Shown: positions 54,174 through 64,000, counted from the first letter of the stretch. The stretch is 64,000 bases of DNA from an uncultured Actinomycetota bacterium (GCA_963826705.1 CAWGYF010000022.1:2099-66098), one strand, 5' to 3'. Program-made: numbers and translations. Notes: generated by a model from the letters alone, not told the origin.

Positions 54174-56423
54174 TCACCGTCTGACGTCGAAGGTCGTGGT
54201 GAGCTCGGCCGTGGAGTCCCCACCGACCCACACGTCGAACGTCGACGCGTCGAGCACCCAGTCGCGGCTGGCGGCACTCCAGTAGCGCAGTTCCGAGGGG
54301 CCGAGCGTGAACCGGACCGTCGTGGACGCGCCCGCCGCGAGACCGATCCGCTCGAAACCCTTGAGCTCGCGGACGGGCCGCGATGCCGACCCGCTGCGTT
54401 GATGGATGTAGAGCTGCACCACCTCGTCACCTGCGCGGTCGCCGACGTTGGAGACGGCCACCGAGACGGTGACGCTCCCGCCCGGAGCAATGGCCGCGTG
54501 GTCGACGGCGAGATCCCGGTAGGCGAAGGAGGTGTACGCCAGGCCGTGCCCGAAGGGGAACAGCGGCGTGCTCGGCGAGTTCCAGTAGCGAACGGCCTGA
54601 TTGCGGGGTTCGTGCGAAAGGGTGTGGGAGTAGATCATCGGCACCTGCCCGACATCGCGCGGCCAGGTGAACGGCAGCTTCCCGCCCGGCGAGACGTCAC
54701 CGAAGAGCAGGTTGGCGACAGCGGTGCCGCCCTGCGTGCCGGGGTAGAAGATCTCGAGCACGGCGGGCACGTTCTCCGCCGCCCACGAAAGGTCGAGCGG
54801 GCGGCCGTTCATGACCAGCAGCACAACGGGTGTGCCGGTCTCCGCCACCGCCTTCAGCAGGTCAAGCTGCCGCCCTGGTAGTTCCAGTGTGGACCGCGAT
54901 GCCTGCTCACCGATCATGTTCTGCCATTCGCCGACGACGACCACGGCGACGTCAGCCTCCCGTGCGACGTCGACCGCCAGCTGGAACTCGGCGTGGTCGT
55001 CGAAGTGCTCGGGATCCGCGGGCCGGTTGTTGCCGTGGACGTCGAAGATGGAGGCAGTGGGCCGCTGGACCGGTCTGATGCCCGCGGCGTAGGTCACTTG
55101 AGCCGTCGCGCCCGCCCGGTGGCGGATGCCGTCGAGGACCGTGACCGTCTCGTCGAGGTCGTAGTCGAAACACCACGGACCCAGGATGTCGCGCCGGGAG
55201 TCGGCCAGCGGGCCGATCACCGCGATCGAACCCGGGTCGGCCGGGTCGAGCGGCAGCAGGCCGTCCTCGTTGCGCAGCAGCACCGCGGACCGCTCCGCAG
55301 CGATGCGGGCCACCTCGCGATGCGCTGGATCGTCGAGCACCGCCCTGGCCTGGTCCTCGTCGACGTACGGATCGTCGAGAAGGCCGAGGCGCAGCTTCGC
55401 CTCCAGCACGCGCCGCACGCTCGCGTCGAGCAACTCGAGGTCCACAACGCCCTTCTCCACCGCTTCGGGCAAGCGGGCGTAGGCGGGGTCGGCGATGGCC
55501 ATCTCCATGTCGACGCCGGTGATCAGCGCGCGGACGCCCGCGTCGGTCAGGTCGGCCGCGAAGCCGTGCGTCGCGAGGTTGCGCACCGCGTTGGCGTCGC
55601 TGACGACGAAGCCCTCGAAGCCGAACGTCGCGCGCAGCACGTCGCGGAACAACCAGTGGTTGCCGGTGGCGGGGACCCCGTTGAGATCCATGTATGCGGT
55701 CATCACGTTTCCGGCGCCCGCCGCGAGGGCGGCGCGGAACGGCGGGAAGTAGACGTTCCAGAGCTCGTAGTCGGAAAGGTTGACCTCGTCGTAGTCGCGG
55801 CCGCCGAGCGCGGCGCCGTAGCCAGCGAAGTGCTTCGGACCGGCGATCACACGGTCGGCGCCGCCCAGGTGCGGTCCCTGAAACCCACGCACCTGCGCCG
55901 CGGCGACCGCGGCACCGAGGAACGGATCCTCCCCCGCCCCTTCGACGATCCGACCCCAGCGCGGGTCGCGGGCGACGTCGACCATCGGCGCGAAGGTCCA
56001 GTGGATGCCGACGGCCCGCGCCTCGCGGGCCGCGACGCACTGCCCCCGCTCGATCGTCTCCAGGTCCCACGACGCCGCCATCGCGATCGGCACCGGCATA
56101 ACGGTGCGCAGCCCGTGGACCACGTCGAATCCGAACAACGCCGCGATCCCGTGCCTGTTGCCCTCGACCGCCAGCCGCTGGAGCCGGTTGATCTCCGCTG
56201 GATCAGTCACGAACAGCAGCGAGCCGACCTCCCCGCGCGCCAACGCGGCCTCGACCGCCGCAGCTTGCTGAGAAGGCAGCATCTCCTCCGTCGGTCCCGC
56301 ATCCGCGTCCCGCAGGCTCCCGAAAAAGAAGTACTGGGTGAGCTGACCCGCCTTCTCCTCGACGGTCATCTCCGCGACGAGCTCGTCCACCCGGGATCGG
56401 ATCGCCGCGTCGGACATCGGCAT
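54174..56423 (-). CDS. glycoside hydrolase family 3 beta-glucosidase (BglX-like) with C-terminal FnIII-like domain
   Basis: ..EKAGQLTQ.., GFEGFVVSDANAV (nucleophile Asp region), and C-terminal EVVQLYI..RPVRELKGFERI. Start is ATG 56423 or 56417. Confidence 0.9.
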   Translation of the reverse strand: MPMSDAAIRSRVDELVAEMTVEEKAGQLTQYFFFGSLRDADAGPTEEMLPSQQAAAVEAALARGEVGSLLFVTDPAEINRLQRLAVEGNRHGIAALFGFDVVHGLRTVMPVPIAMAASWDLETIERGQCVAAREARAVGIHWTFAPMVDVARDPRWGRIVEGAGEDPFLGAAVAAAQVRGFQGPHLGGADRVIAGPKHFAGYGAALGGRDYDEVNLSDYELWNVYFPPFRAALAAGAGNVMTAYMDLNGVPATGNHWLFRDVLRATFGFEGFVVSDANAVRNLATHGFAADLTDAGVRALITGVDMEMAIADPAYARLPEAVEKGVVDLELLDASVRRVLEAKLRLGLLDDPYVDEDQARAVLDDPAHREVARIAAERSAVLLRNEDGLLPLDPADPGSIAVIGPLADSRRDILGPWCFDYDLDETVTVLDGIRHRAGATAQVTYAAGIRPVQRPTASIFDVHGNNRPADPEHFDDHAEFQLAVDVAREADVAVVVVGEWQNMIGEQASRSTLELPGRQLDLLKAVAETGTPVVLLVMNGRPLDLSWAAENVPAVLEIFYPGTQGGTAVANLLFGDVSPGGKLPFTWPRDVGQVPMIYSHTLSHEPRNQAVRYWNSPSTPLFPFGHGLAYTSFAYRDLAVDHAAIAPGGSVTVSVAVSNVGDRAGDEVVQLYIHQRSGSASRPVRELKGFERIGLAAGASTTVRFTLGPSELRYWSAASRDWVLDASTFDVWVGGDSTAELTTTFDVRR

Positions 56424-56627
56424 GAGCTCCGGGCTCGAATGTGCGTCGGCGACCACGGCGACCTCCTCCTGCCAGACTGCAGACCGGATGACCGTACATC
56501 GGTGAGCTGGTGCATCCGGGCCGGTGACTGGCGCGACAAAGGCCACCCGGGGAGTGCGAGCTGATCCGCTGGGCGCCTCTCCGGGATCAGGCGAGCCTGG
56601 TCCCGGAGTGGCGCCGAGCCGTGCGGG

Positions 56628-57240
56628 TCAGGTGGTGACCGTGAGGCGCTGCCGCTGAGTACCGACGTTGCCTGCAGCATCAGTGGCCGAGACGACGACG
56701 GTGTGAGCTCCGACCTTGAGGTGCGGCGACGTCAGCGACCAGGTTCGCGTCGGCGACACGACGACGTGTTGGTCGACACCGTCCACGGCGACGCTGATGC
56801 TGGTGTGCCTGCAAGCACGTCGACCCGGCCGCTGATCGTCGGGGTGGCCGACTTGGTGGGGAGGTTCGTCGCGGCGAGGTAGCAATAGCCTGCCTTGCCC
56901 GAACCCGGGCCACGCAGAACCACGGAGTTGGCCTGGACGGTCGCCGACTGCCCGGTCGCGCACCCGGTGCCGTGACCGTCCTGGGAGGTCGCGAAGACGC
57001 CGTGGGAGTCGAGCCCGACGCCGAGATACGCACCGGCGATCCCGTTCGGGGCTGCAGGCTGGTTCGTGTTCTGGGCGTAACCCAGCGCACCGCCCAGTCC
57101 ACCCGTCGAGGTGATGGCGGCGGCACCGTCGGCCACGAAGAAGCTCAGGCCGTCGCCACCGTAGGTGGCCGTGCCGTACTGCGTGGTGCAGTACTGAACC
57201 GAACGGTAAGGACGGCACCTCTGGGTACCGCGCTCAAAGT
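56628..57240 (-). pseudogene. secreted lectin-like/Ig-like domain protein remnant (5'-truncated, frameshifted)
   Basis: One frame reads ..TYGGDGLSFFVADGAAAITSTGGLGGALGYA..GAYLGVGLDSHGVF.. (legume-lectin-like). Another frame reads ..ISVAVDGVDQHVVVSPTRTWSLTSPHLKVGAHTVVVSATDAAGNVG.. (Ig-like). There is no start or signal peptide. Confidence 0.45.
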
Positions 57241-57338
57241 CAAGAACAGAACAAGATCGCAGCGCAGGCGAGGCCCCGCCTGCGGCCGCAGACGCCCAAC
57301 CCGAGCGGTGCGGCCTGCGGGGGTGGTTCGGCGTCTGA

Positions 57339-58094
57339 TTGCGGTTAGGGTCCCGCGATGTGAAGCTGCGCGAAGAGGACGTGCGTGTCCCTGCGTCGGA
57401 CGGCGAGATCCGCTCGGTGGTGATCAGCCCGGCAGGCGAAGCGCGACGGCACGCCGTAGTGCTCTACACCGACATCTTCCAGCTGACCGCAGCGACCCTC
57501 CGGACCGCTCGACGGCTGGCGTCGCAAGGTTTCGTGGTGTGCGTGCCCGAGATCTACCCGCACGGCGACCTGGCAGGCGTCGCGCTGGAGTTCGACGACG
57601 CGGGCAAGGAGGCCGGGCAGGCGGGCGCGGCGGCGACCACCACACGGCAGTTCGACGCCGACCGGGTCGCCGTCCTGGACCACCTCCAGCTGCGCCCCGA
57701 TGTCGACCGGCTGTCTGCCGTGGGCTTCTGCATCGGCGGTCACCTGGCGTTCCGCGCCGCGTTCGACCCCAGGGTCGCGACGACGGTGTGCTTCTACCCG
57801 ACCGGCCTGCACAACGGTGCGCTCGGCGCCGATGCGGACGCGGGGTCGCTCTCCCGGGCGGCGGACATCGGCGGCCGTCTCATGATCGTCTTCGGGTCGC
57901 GGGACCCGCATGTGCCCGCCGACGCGCGGCTGGAGATCATGACTGCGCTCTACGCCGCCGGTCTGACCCACTTCGAGCTGCACGTGTACACCGGAGGCGA
58001 GCACGCGTTCATGCGTGACGTGGGCGGCCGCCACGATCCCGTGCTGACCGACCTCGCGCTGAGCGCGGCGGTCTCGTTCCTGACCGGTCGCTGA
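57339..58094 (+). CDS. dienelactone hydrolase family protein (second paralog)
   Basis: ..AVVLYTDIFQLT..GFVVCVPEIY..AVGFCIGGHLAF..GGEHAFM. Start is TTG 57339 or GTG 57360. Confidence 0.8.
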   Translation: MRLGSRDVKLREEDVRVPASDGEIRSVVISPAGEARRHAVVLYTDIFQLTAATLRTARRLASQGFVVCVPEIYPHGDLAGVALEFDDAGKEAGQAGAAATTTRQFDADRVAVLDHLQLRPDVDRLSAVGFCIGGHLAFRAAFDPRVATTVCFYPTGLHNGALGADADAGSLSRAADIGGRLMIVFGSRDPHVPADARLEIMTALYAAGLTHFELHVYTGGEHAFMRDVGGRHDPVLTDLALSAAVSFLTGR

Positions 58095-58128
58095 GCGGCC
58101 GCGCACGTCAGATGACGAAGGAGAGTCC

Positions 58129-58998
58129 ATGAAGATCGGCTTGCACCTGTCGGACTTCACGTTCCCGAGCGGACCGGGCGGCCTCGCGGCCGACCTGACC
58201 CGGGTGGCCGCCGAAGCGGAGGAGGCGGGGTTCGCGCGGGTGAGCGTGATGGACCACCTCTGGCAGATCTCCGTGCACGGGCCGCCGGAGCACGACATGC
58301 TCGAGGCCTACACGACTTTGGGGTTTCTGGCGGCGCGGACCTCGCGGGTCGACCTGCTGGCGTGGGTCACCGCGGTCACCTACCGCGAGCCCGGGATGCT
58401 CGCCAAGCTGGTCAGCACCCTCGACGTGCTCTCCGAGGGCCGGGCGTGGCTCGGGATCGGCGCGGCGTGGAACGAGGCCGAGGCGCGAGGACTCGGTCTG
58501 GCGTTCCCGCCGCTCGCCGAGCGCTTCGAGCGGCTCGAGGAGGCCCTGCAGATCTGCCTGCAGATGTGGGACGCCGACGCAGAAGGCCCCTACGACGGCA
58601 AGCACTACCAGCTGGAGCGCACGCTGAACGTGCCCCAGCCGCTGCACAGGCCCCGGATCCTCATCGGCGGTGGCGGGGAGCGCAAGACACTCCGGTTGGT
58701 GGCGAAGTACGCGGACGCCTGCAACCTGTTCGTGGGCCCCGAGTTGGAGCGCAAACTCGACGTCCTGCGCACGCATTGCGAAGCCGAGGGCAGGCCCTAC
58801 GACGCGATCGAGAAGACCGCGCAGATGCCGCTGGACCTCGGCGAGCGCGGCGAGAAGGTCGACGCCTTCCTCGGCACCCTCGCCGAGATCAGCAAGCTCG
58901 GGATCCAGGCCGTGCAGGGCAAGGTGCCGCAGGTCTGGGAGCCGGGGCGGCTCGCGTTGTTCCAGCGCGAGGTCATCCCCGCGGCGGCTGCCCTCTAG
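58129..58998 (+). CDS. LLM-class F420-dependent oxidoreductase (Rv1855c-like)
   Basis: MKIGLHLSDFTFPSGPGGLAADLTRVAAEAEEAGFARVSVMDHLWQI..LGIGAAWNE. Confidence 0.8.
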   Translation: MKIGLHLSDFTFPSGPGGLAADLTRVAAEAEEAGFARVSVMDHLWQISVHGPPEHDMLEAYTTLGFLAARTSRVDLLAWVTAVTYREPGMLAKLVSTLDVLSEGRAWLGIGAAWNEAEARGLGLAFPPLAERFERLEEALQICLQMWDADAEGPYDGKHYQLERTLNVPQPLHRPRILIGGGGERKTLRLVAKYADACNLFVGPELERKLDVLRTHCEAEGRPYDAIEKTAQMPLDLGERGEKVDAFLGTLAEISKLGIQAVQGKVPQVWEPGRLALFQREVIPAAAAL

Positions 58999-59118
58999 CT
59001 ATGACCAATTCCAAGGTGTCGGTGCGGCGCGGCGTGTGTCGCTGACGAGTGGAGGAGTGCGGACCGTCGGCTTGGGCCACGACCGGCGCGAGGCGACGGA
59101 CGCGACCATCATGACCCG

Positions 59119-59469
59119 ATGGCGTCCTACACGGTCAACATGCCTGCCGTCGCCCATGCGAGGAAGCTCGTCGACGCCCGCCAGTACGTGCTCAGGAGCC
59201 AATGGGGCGACGTCCAGCCCAGCGCCGCCGACAGCACCGCCTACCTCGAGGCCCACTCCTGGGACGACTACGCGGCCTGGCATCTCGGACTCACCGATGG
59301 CGCGAACGACCACACCAAAGGCCGCTACGCCTTCGTCTACGGCGACTTTCGCCGGCTGCACCGCATGGGTCTGATCGCCTGCCACTACCGGGCGGCCGAG
59401 TGGGGGCACAAGGAGGTCGAGCTCGCCGCCCACGACCTGCTGCAGTACCTCGACAACTCCCGCGCCTGA
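59119..59469 (+). CDS. hypothetical protein
   Basis: 116-aa ORF with coding-like G/C third positions. It has no recognised motif and no clear RBS. Confidence 0.4.
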   Translation: MASYTVNMPAVAHARKLVDARQYVLRSQWGDVQPSAADSTAYLEAHSWDDYAAWHLGLTDGANDHTKGRYAFVYGDFRRLHRMGLIACHYRAAEWGHKEVELAAHDLLQYLDNSRA

Positions 59470-59699
59470 ACACCCCGGGTGAGTCGGGCATCCGCGCACG
59501 GCGAGGCCGCCGTTCCACCACGGCGAGTTGGCGGATCGTCCACGCAACCCCGACCAGGCCCACTCCGTAGACCGCGCACACACTTCGCAGCAATGCCGAT
59601 TGCTCGAGGGCAGGAACGGCGCGGCTGATGGTCTCGATCTCCGGGGGCCGGTCGCAGCGGGGGTGTCGGTGGTGGCTGCGCTTCCGACGGTCGCCGCCA

Positions 59700-60050
59700 C
59701 CCGCGATCGCCTGGTTGGCCTGCTGCCGAGCACTTGATCGGCGGTTGTGGGACATGAGCGCCACATATGGCCGTTATGTCACAATTTTGGCGATCACCGT
59801 CCACCGGGCGGCCCGCAGCCGGACCATGATCGTCGAGAATGGTGTCGGCGGCGCACCGCTGCACTCTGGGCACCACATGCGGCGATCACCATGGCGACCG
59901 GGTCGAACGTGCGGTCCTTGCGGGGAGCCCGCTCACCCTGCGCACTGCGCCGGCGCACCCTTCAGTCAGCGATCATCACAGCTCGGGTGCTGTCTGGAGC
60001 GGACACCCATCAGCTGCCGGACGTCCTACCTTGAGTAACCGGCATTGCAC
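59700..60050. repeat. mosaic repeat D, copy 3 (same orientation as copy 2)
   Basis: 59735-60045 matches the reverse complement of 38645-38985 at about 95% in the 64-bp modules. It has one copy of the 10-bp linker repeat. Confidence 0.85.
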
Positions 60051-60261
60051 TCCGCGGAGTCCGCGGACCCTGCGAAGCGATGGCGGGCTCTGCGTGGCGG
60101 CGGTCGATCGCGAGGACGCGCTCGCTGAGGTCGGCGAGGCGAATCTGCCTGCGTCGGGCCAAAGGGGTCGTTCGCGGTCACCGCGCAGTGCCGCAACTCG
60201 TGCCGTCGTGGTGCTCCTCCCCCAGCCTGCACGCCCCAGCGGCTCCGCCGTCGACGCAGCG

Positions 60262-60427
60262 CTAGTGCGGTGTCCAGGAACGTTGCCGGGGTGATCGCGG
60301 GATCCAGGCGGCGTCTCGCAAGGCGCCGCCCGAAGCTCATACCGGGCGTCTTCGCGAGGGCGGCAACGCCGCGAGGCGTCGTCTGGGCCCGCGAGGACCC
60401 GGTGAACGCTTCTGGACACCGCACTAG
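60262..60427. mobile_element. MITE copy 4, CTAG on both flanks
   Basis: CTAG-TGCGGTGTCCAGGAACGTT ... AACGCTTCTGGACACCGCA-CTAG. The right CTAG supplies the TAG stop of the beta-helix gene. Confidence 0.9.
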
Positions 60428-62337
60428 GTCGCGCTGACCTTGATGGGGACCTCGTGGGTGCCGGTGGCGGTCAGCACCGAGCTGACAGTGCCGCTCGAGT
60501 CGGCGGTCACGGTGCCGGTCTTGATGCCGTTCGTCCGGACGACATACTTGTTCCTGGCCTTCAATCCGGTCATCGACCAGGCGATCTGCTGGCCCACCGC
60601 CGATGCCGTGATACCGATGGTCCTGCTGGTCGAGGTGACCGAAACCGGCCGGGCGGTGGCGGCGCCGCTCCGGGCGGTGGCGCCCATCGGCTGGGCGGTG
60701 ACGGTGACCGAGCTGCTCGCGGTGGGCACCTTGAGCGTGGCCGTGCTCGAGGAGAGCGCGGTCTGCGTCGGCACCGAGACCCCGGAGAGGCGGCCGTCGT
60801 CGGTGACGACCTTCAGCGCGCTGCCTGCATCGACGGTGGCCCTGAACGTCGGACGGGGGCCGCCTGCGCTCGACCGGACGGTGGCGTCGTTCGGCGCGCC
60901 CGCCGCACTGGTCAGATCGAAGACGGTGGTGGCAGGCAGGGTGTTGTCCACCAGCGTCGTTCGGGTCGAGCGGTCGAGGCGGATCTTGCCGGGGGTGCCG
61001 GTGACCGTGTTGCCCGTGAACGCGATCCGGTCGGCCTCACTGATGCTGACCGTGTCACCCTCAGTGCCCTTGACCGTGTTGTTCGCGAAGGTCAGGTCGA
61101 CGTTGCGGCCGCCGGTCGAGGTGTAGACGGGCGCGTCTTTGCCCCGGTAGGCGTAGATGGCGTACTTGGTGTTCCCGGACAGCCTGTTGCCCGAGCTGGC
61201 GATGTCGTGGCTGCCGACGCTGAACCGCAGCCCGTACTTGTTGTGCGTGACCGTGTTGTCGGAGATCGTGTCGCCGAACGACTCGAACACCGCGATCCCG
61301 GCGCCGTTGGGGTTGTCGTGCACGAAGTTGTGCGCGATCACCGAGTCGGTCACACCGCGGTGGATCATGATGCCGTGCACCTGGTTGTCGGACGGATCGG
61401 TGTCGTGCGGGCCGACCCAGGGCACGATGCCGTTGCGGTAGCTCTCGTTGTCGGTGATCGTCAGGTGGTCGCAGCGCTGCGAGCAGATGATTCCGTGGTT
61501 GCCGTTGTCATGGGACTTGTTGCCGATGATCCGCAGGTCGTCGGAGTCGTCGTGCGGGTCGAGCCCGTAGCCCACGTTGTGGTCGTACTCGTTGTTGGTG
61601 AAGTCCATGTCATAGGCGTCCCACGTGTAGGTGCCGAAATAGTTGTCGTGGAAGCGGCTGTTCTTCTCGAATCCGCCGACGTTGAGCGCGGCACAGACGT
61701 CCTGGTGGGTGACGTCGCAGCCGCGCGCCTTGAACACCACTCCGTACGCCTCGGCGGCGTAGTAGCCGAGGTAGCCCAGGTCGCTCGACTGGATCGTCAT
61801 CCGCGACTCGTGGTTGCCACCCCCGTCGACGAACGACAGCGCCCGGATGTAGGCGCGCGCCCGGGCGGTCGTCGGCGAGCCCGCGGGCAGGGCGGTGTTC
61901 GTGTCGGGCGCGTCCGCCGCCGGGTCCCACGAGGTGATCTTCGTGTGGTCGATGTCGAGCGTCCCGTACATGGCGGTGATGGTCACGACGTCGGTCGCGA
62001 GGTTCGACGCTCCGCTTTTCAGGCGCAGTTGGTCGACGTCCCCGCCTGCCGCTGAACCGTGCAGGGCCAGCGTTGCGCCATTCTCCACCTGGAGGTCGGC
62101 GTTGAGCTGCCAGATCTTGGCGACCGGGTCGACCCTCACCAGCGGTACGCCGGGACACTTCGCCAGGATGGTGGACAGGGTCTGCGTCCCGGACTCGACG
62201 TACAGGCGGTTCGACGTCGCCGAGAACCGCACCTCGCCGCTGCACGACGCGGCCGAGGCCTGCGACGTCTCGACGGCGACCAGCGCGCCTACCGCGACCA
62301 GGAGAGCAGCGCCCCAACCGATGAGCTGCCTCGTCAT
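60424..62337 (-). CDS. secreted right-handed parallel beta-helix repeat protein (NosD/mannuronan-epimerase-like carbohydrate-active fold)
   Basis: ATG 62337 follows GGAAG. Signal peptide MTRQLIGWGAALLVAVGALVAVETSQASA, then repeated ..N..(H/Y)(D/N)N..(Y/H)G(I/L).. turns (HDNYFGTYT, YDHNVGYGLD, HDNGNHGII, YRNGIVPW, HDNPNGAGI, HNKYGLRF). Confidence 0.75.
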   Translation of the reverse strand: MTRQLIGWGAALLVAVGALVAVETSQASAASCSGEVRFSATSNRLYVESGTQTLSTILAKCPGVPLVRVDPVAKIWQLNADLQVENGATLALHGSAAGGDVDQLRLKSGASNLATDVVTITAMYGTLDIDHTKITSWDPAADAPDTNTALPAGSPTTARARAYIRALSFVDGGGNHESRMTIQSSDLGYLGYYAAEAYGVVFKARGCDVTHQDVCAALNVGGFEKNSRFHDNYFGTYTWDAYDMDFTNNEYDHNVGYGLDPHDDSDDLRIIGNKSHDNGNHGIICSQRCDHLTITDNESYRNGIVPWVGPHDTDPSDNQVHGIMIHRGVTDSVIAHNFVHDNPNGAGIAVFESFGDTISDNTVTHNKYGLRFSVGSHDIASSGNRLSGNTKYAIYAYRGKDAPVYTSTGGRNVDLTFANNTVKGTEGDTVSISEADRIAFTGNTVTGTPGKIRLDRSTRTTLVDNTLPATTVFDLTSAAGAPNDATVRSSAGGPRPTFRATVDAGSALKVVTDDGRLSGVSVPTQTALSSSTATLKVPTASSSVTVTAQPMGATARSGAATARPVSVTSTSRTIGITASAVGQQIAWSMTGLKARNKYVVRTNGIKTGTVTADSSGTVSSVLTATGTHEVPIKVSAT

Positions 62338-62445
62338 CGAACTTCCGGTCACAGGTGAGCCTCCGTCGACATGCATGATCACGATCTGTCGACTGGAGTT
62401 CGCTCTGCGTGTCTGAAGCGTTGCAGGCGGAAGCTAACGCTATGG

Positions 62446-62745
62446 TTACGGTGGGCCGTAAGAAGCGATCATCGTGGCGTCCGCGGGGGTCGGGCCCTCG
62501 ACACAACGGTCGGCGATGCCGGACTGGAACTCACCGAAGGCGCCCAGCGTGACGAGCGGGTTGTCGGCGCCGTCGAGCGTCGCGACATGCAGGAAGCTGA
62601 CGCCGTCGGCAAGGCGGAACACCGCGTAGCGCAGCCCCTCGGGATGCTGTGTCGCCAACTCGGCGAACACACCATGGACCAGGCGCTCGTTCTCCTCAGC
62701 GGTCTCCGGCGTTGTCGCGTAGCGCACGACTTTGGTGACGCTCAT
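62446..62745 (-). CDS. small dimeric alpha/beta-barrel (ABM-like) protein
   Basis: 99 aa, MSVTKVVRYATTPETAEENERLVHGVFAEL... The assignment is by general resemblance only. Confidence 0.45.
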   Translation of the reverse strand: MSVTKVVRYATTPETAEENERLVHGVFAELATQHPEGLRYAVFRLADGVSFLHVATLDGADNPLVTLGAFGEFQSGIADRCVEGPTPADATMIASYGPP

Positions 62746-63146
62746 CAGAGTGCGCGTACCCGGTTGTTGCGGGCATCGTGGGTGAGCTCGGCCAGTCCGA
62801 GGGCCTCCAGCAGCGGCGGGAGGTACATGCCGAACCGCCCGCGGTAGCCGTTGCGCAGCCCGTACCAGCCGCCGACGGGGTTGTCGGGCGACCGGCCGAA
62901 TGCCTCGACGGTGTCAGGCGTGACGGGCTTCTTCTCGTCGGCGGCGCCGAGCGACACCCAGTCGCCTTGGCCGACCAGCCAGGCGTGCAGGTCGTCAACG
63001 GCCCGCAGGTGGTACTTCAGCGTCGTGGAGCCGACCTGGCAAAACAGCGTGGGCGGGTCGGCCTGCTCGTCGCGGTACATCGTGTAGGTGGACGTGCCGG
63101 GTGCGGTGGTGAGCACCCATGGGTCGTCCTTCGTGCCTTTGGTCAT
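62745..63146 (-). CDS. conserved hypothetical protein
   Basis: ATG 63146 gives a 133-aa product, MTKGTKDDPWVLTTAPGTSTYTMYRDEQADPPTLFCQVGSTTLKYH... It overlaps both neighbours by 1-4 nt. Confidence 0.5.
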   Translation of the reverse strand: MTKGTKDDPWVLTTAPGTSTYTMYRDEQADPPTLFCQVGSTTLKYHLRAVDDLHAWLVGQGDWVSLGAADEKKPVTPDTVEAFGRSPDNPVGGWYGLRNGYRGRFGMYLPPLLEALGLAELTHDARNNRVRAL

Positions 63147-63616
63147 GCCGGGTCTCCGTTCGTCGCTGCCGTGCGGAAGTGCGGGAGCAGGGTCTGCCAG
63201 CCGATGCGGTTGCGGTCGCGCCATTCGTTCGCCGCCCCGCCCAGCCGTTCCCACCCCCGGTGTTCGATCTCGATGCGCGCACGGGCTTCCCCGACCGCGG
63301 AGAAGCGGATCTCCACGTCGGTGGCCGCGCGCGGATCAGTGCCGAGATGCCAGGTATAGGCGAGGAAGTGGGGTGGCTCCCACGCCGTCACGCGCCCCCA
63401 GTCGTGCTCGACTCCCTCGGCGGATCGCTCGTAGATGCGTCCGCCGACGCCACGCTGCATCTCGACGCGCTCAGGGCTCCCGGACACCGTGTGGTCCGCG
63501 GGCCACCACGTGCCGATCCGTGCGGTCCACACAGCGAAAGCGTGATCGGCGGAGCAGGCGACGTCGAACGCGATCGACAGCGGCTCGGTGACCGAGACCC
63601 CGTCCATGCGGTTCAT
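63143..63616 (-). CDS. SRPBCC (AHSA1/START-like) domain protein
   Basis: ..FAVWTARIGTWWPADHTVSG..GGRIYERSAEGVEHDWGRVTAWEPPHFLAYTWHLG.. The pairing with an ArsR gene is typical. Confidence 0.75.
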   Translation of the reverse strand: MNRMDGVSVTEPLSIAFDVACSADHAFAVWTARIGTWWPADHTVSGSPERVEMQRGVGGRIYERSAEGVEHDWGRVTAWEPPHFLAYTWHLGTDPRAATDVEIRFSAVGEARARIEIEHRGWERLGGAANEWRDRNRIGWQTLLPHFRTAATNGDPA

Positions 63617-63972
63617 CGATCCCCCGCCGGGTCGGTGTTCTCGGCCAGCAGCCGGAACCGGGTCGCCGCCTCACCCCACACCCCTTCGAGATAGGCCTTC
63701 ACGGCGTGCAACCCCTCCTCCTGCAGGTGGTAGATCCGCCGGGTGCCGTGGGCCTGCTCGGCGACCATCCCGGCGTCCTTGAGCAGCCGCAGGTGACGCG
63801 ACACGGCGGGCCTGCTGATGGTCATCGCGGCGGCGATCTCGGCGACCGGCTTGTCCCCGCCGCTGAGCAGCCTCAGGATCTCGCGACGGTTGGCGTCCCC
63901 GAGGGCCTCGAACGGATCGCCTGCGAGGTGGGGCGGCTCAGCGTCGGCAGACGCCGCATCGCGTCGGCCCAT
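63613..63972 (-). CDS. ArsR/SmtB family transcriptional regulator
   Basis: ..FEALGDANRREILRLLSGGDKPVAEIAAAMTISRPAVSRHLRLLKDAGMV..RRIYHL. Confidence 0.85.
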   Translation of the reverse strand: MGRRDAASADAEPPHLAGDPFEALGDANRREILRLLSGGDKPVAEIAAAMTISRPAVSRHLRLLKDAGMVAEQAHGTRRIYHLQEEGLHAVKAYLEGVWGEAATRFRLLAENTDPAGDR

Positions 63973-64000
63973 CGAGACACCTCCCCACCCAGCATCGGTA

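Noticed and set aside
59470-59764. Minus-strand ORF 59291-59764 containing a TM-like segment (LLRSVCAVYGVGLVGVAWTI).
   Set aside because: It overlaps the 59119-59469 gene and the mosaic repeat, and its flanks are Arg-rich junk. No start context supports it.

Overview
This is a very GC-rich actinobacterial chromosome segment. Third codon positions are almost always G/C. The gene content (a cvnABCD-type conservon, mycofactocin-type SDRs, F420-type LLM oxidoreductases, a CGNR zinc-finger regulator, a PASTA-containing class A PBP) suggests a Pseudonocardiales- or Streptomyces-like organism; that placement is inference only.

All calls come from reading the ORF translations and the DNA by eye. Family names rest on remembered motifs, not on database searches.

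I support about 55 apparently intact protein genes. They cover cell-wall enzymes, the conservon, a YeeE/YedE-SulP sulfur-transport cluster, zwf, a Ca2+/H+ antiporter, a two-adaptor plus DHA2 MFS efflux set, an ABC exporter, a MoxR-VWA pair inside a redox-enzyme operon, a GH3 glucosidase, a secreted beta-helix protein and several small regulators. I found no rRNA, tRNA or CRISPR.

The accessory layer is the unusual part:
- A candidate -1 frameshift cassette (U_UUU_UUC, a 6-nt spacer, then an 8-bp GC hairpin) sits exactly where the VWA reading frame becomes coding inside the 3' end of the MoxR gene.
- About 18 palindromic modules of 62-64 bp, capped by GATC, occur as tandem arrays and as a ~450-bp mosaic present three times.
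- A 165-bp MITE with CTAG-flanked ends is present four times. One copy cleanly splits an SDR gene.
- A second MITE-like element carries perfect 19-bp terminal inverted repeats.
- Decayed genes are unusually dense, especially between 37 and 46.6 kb.
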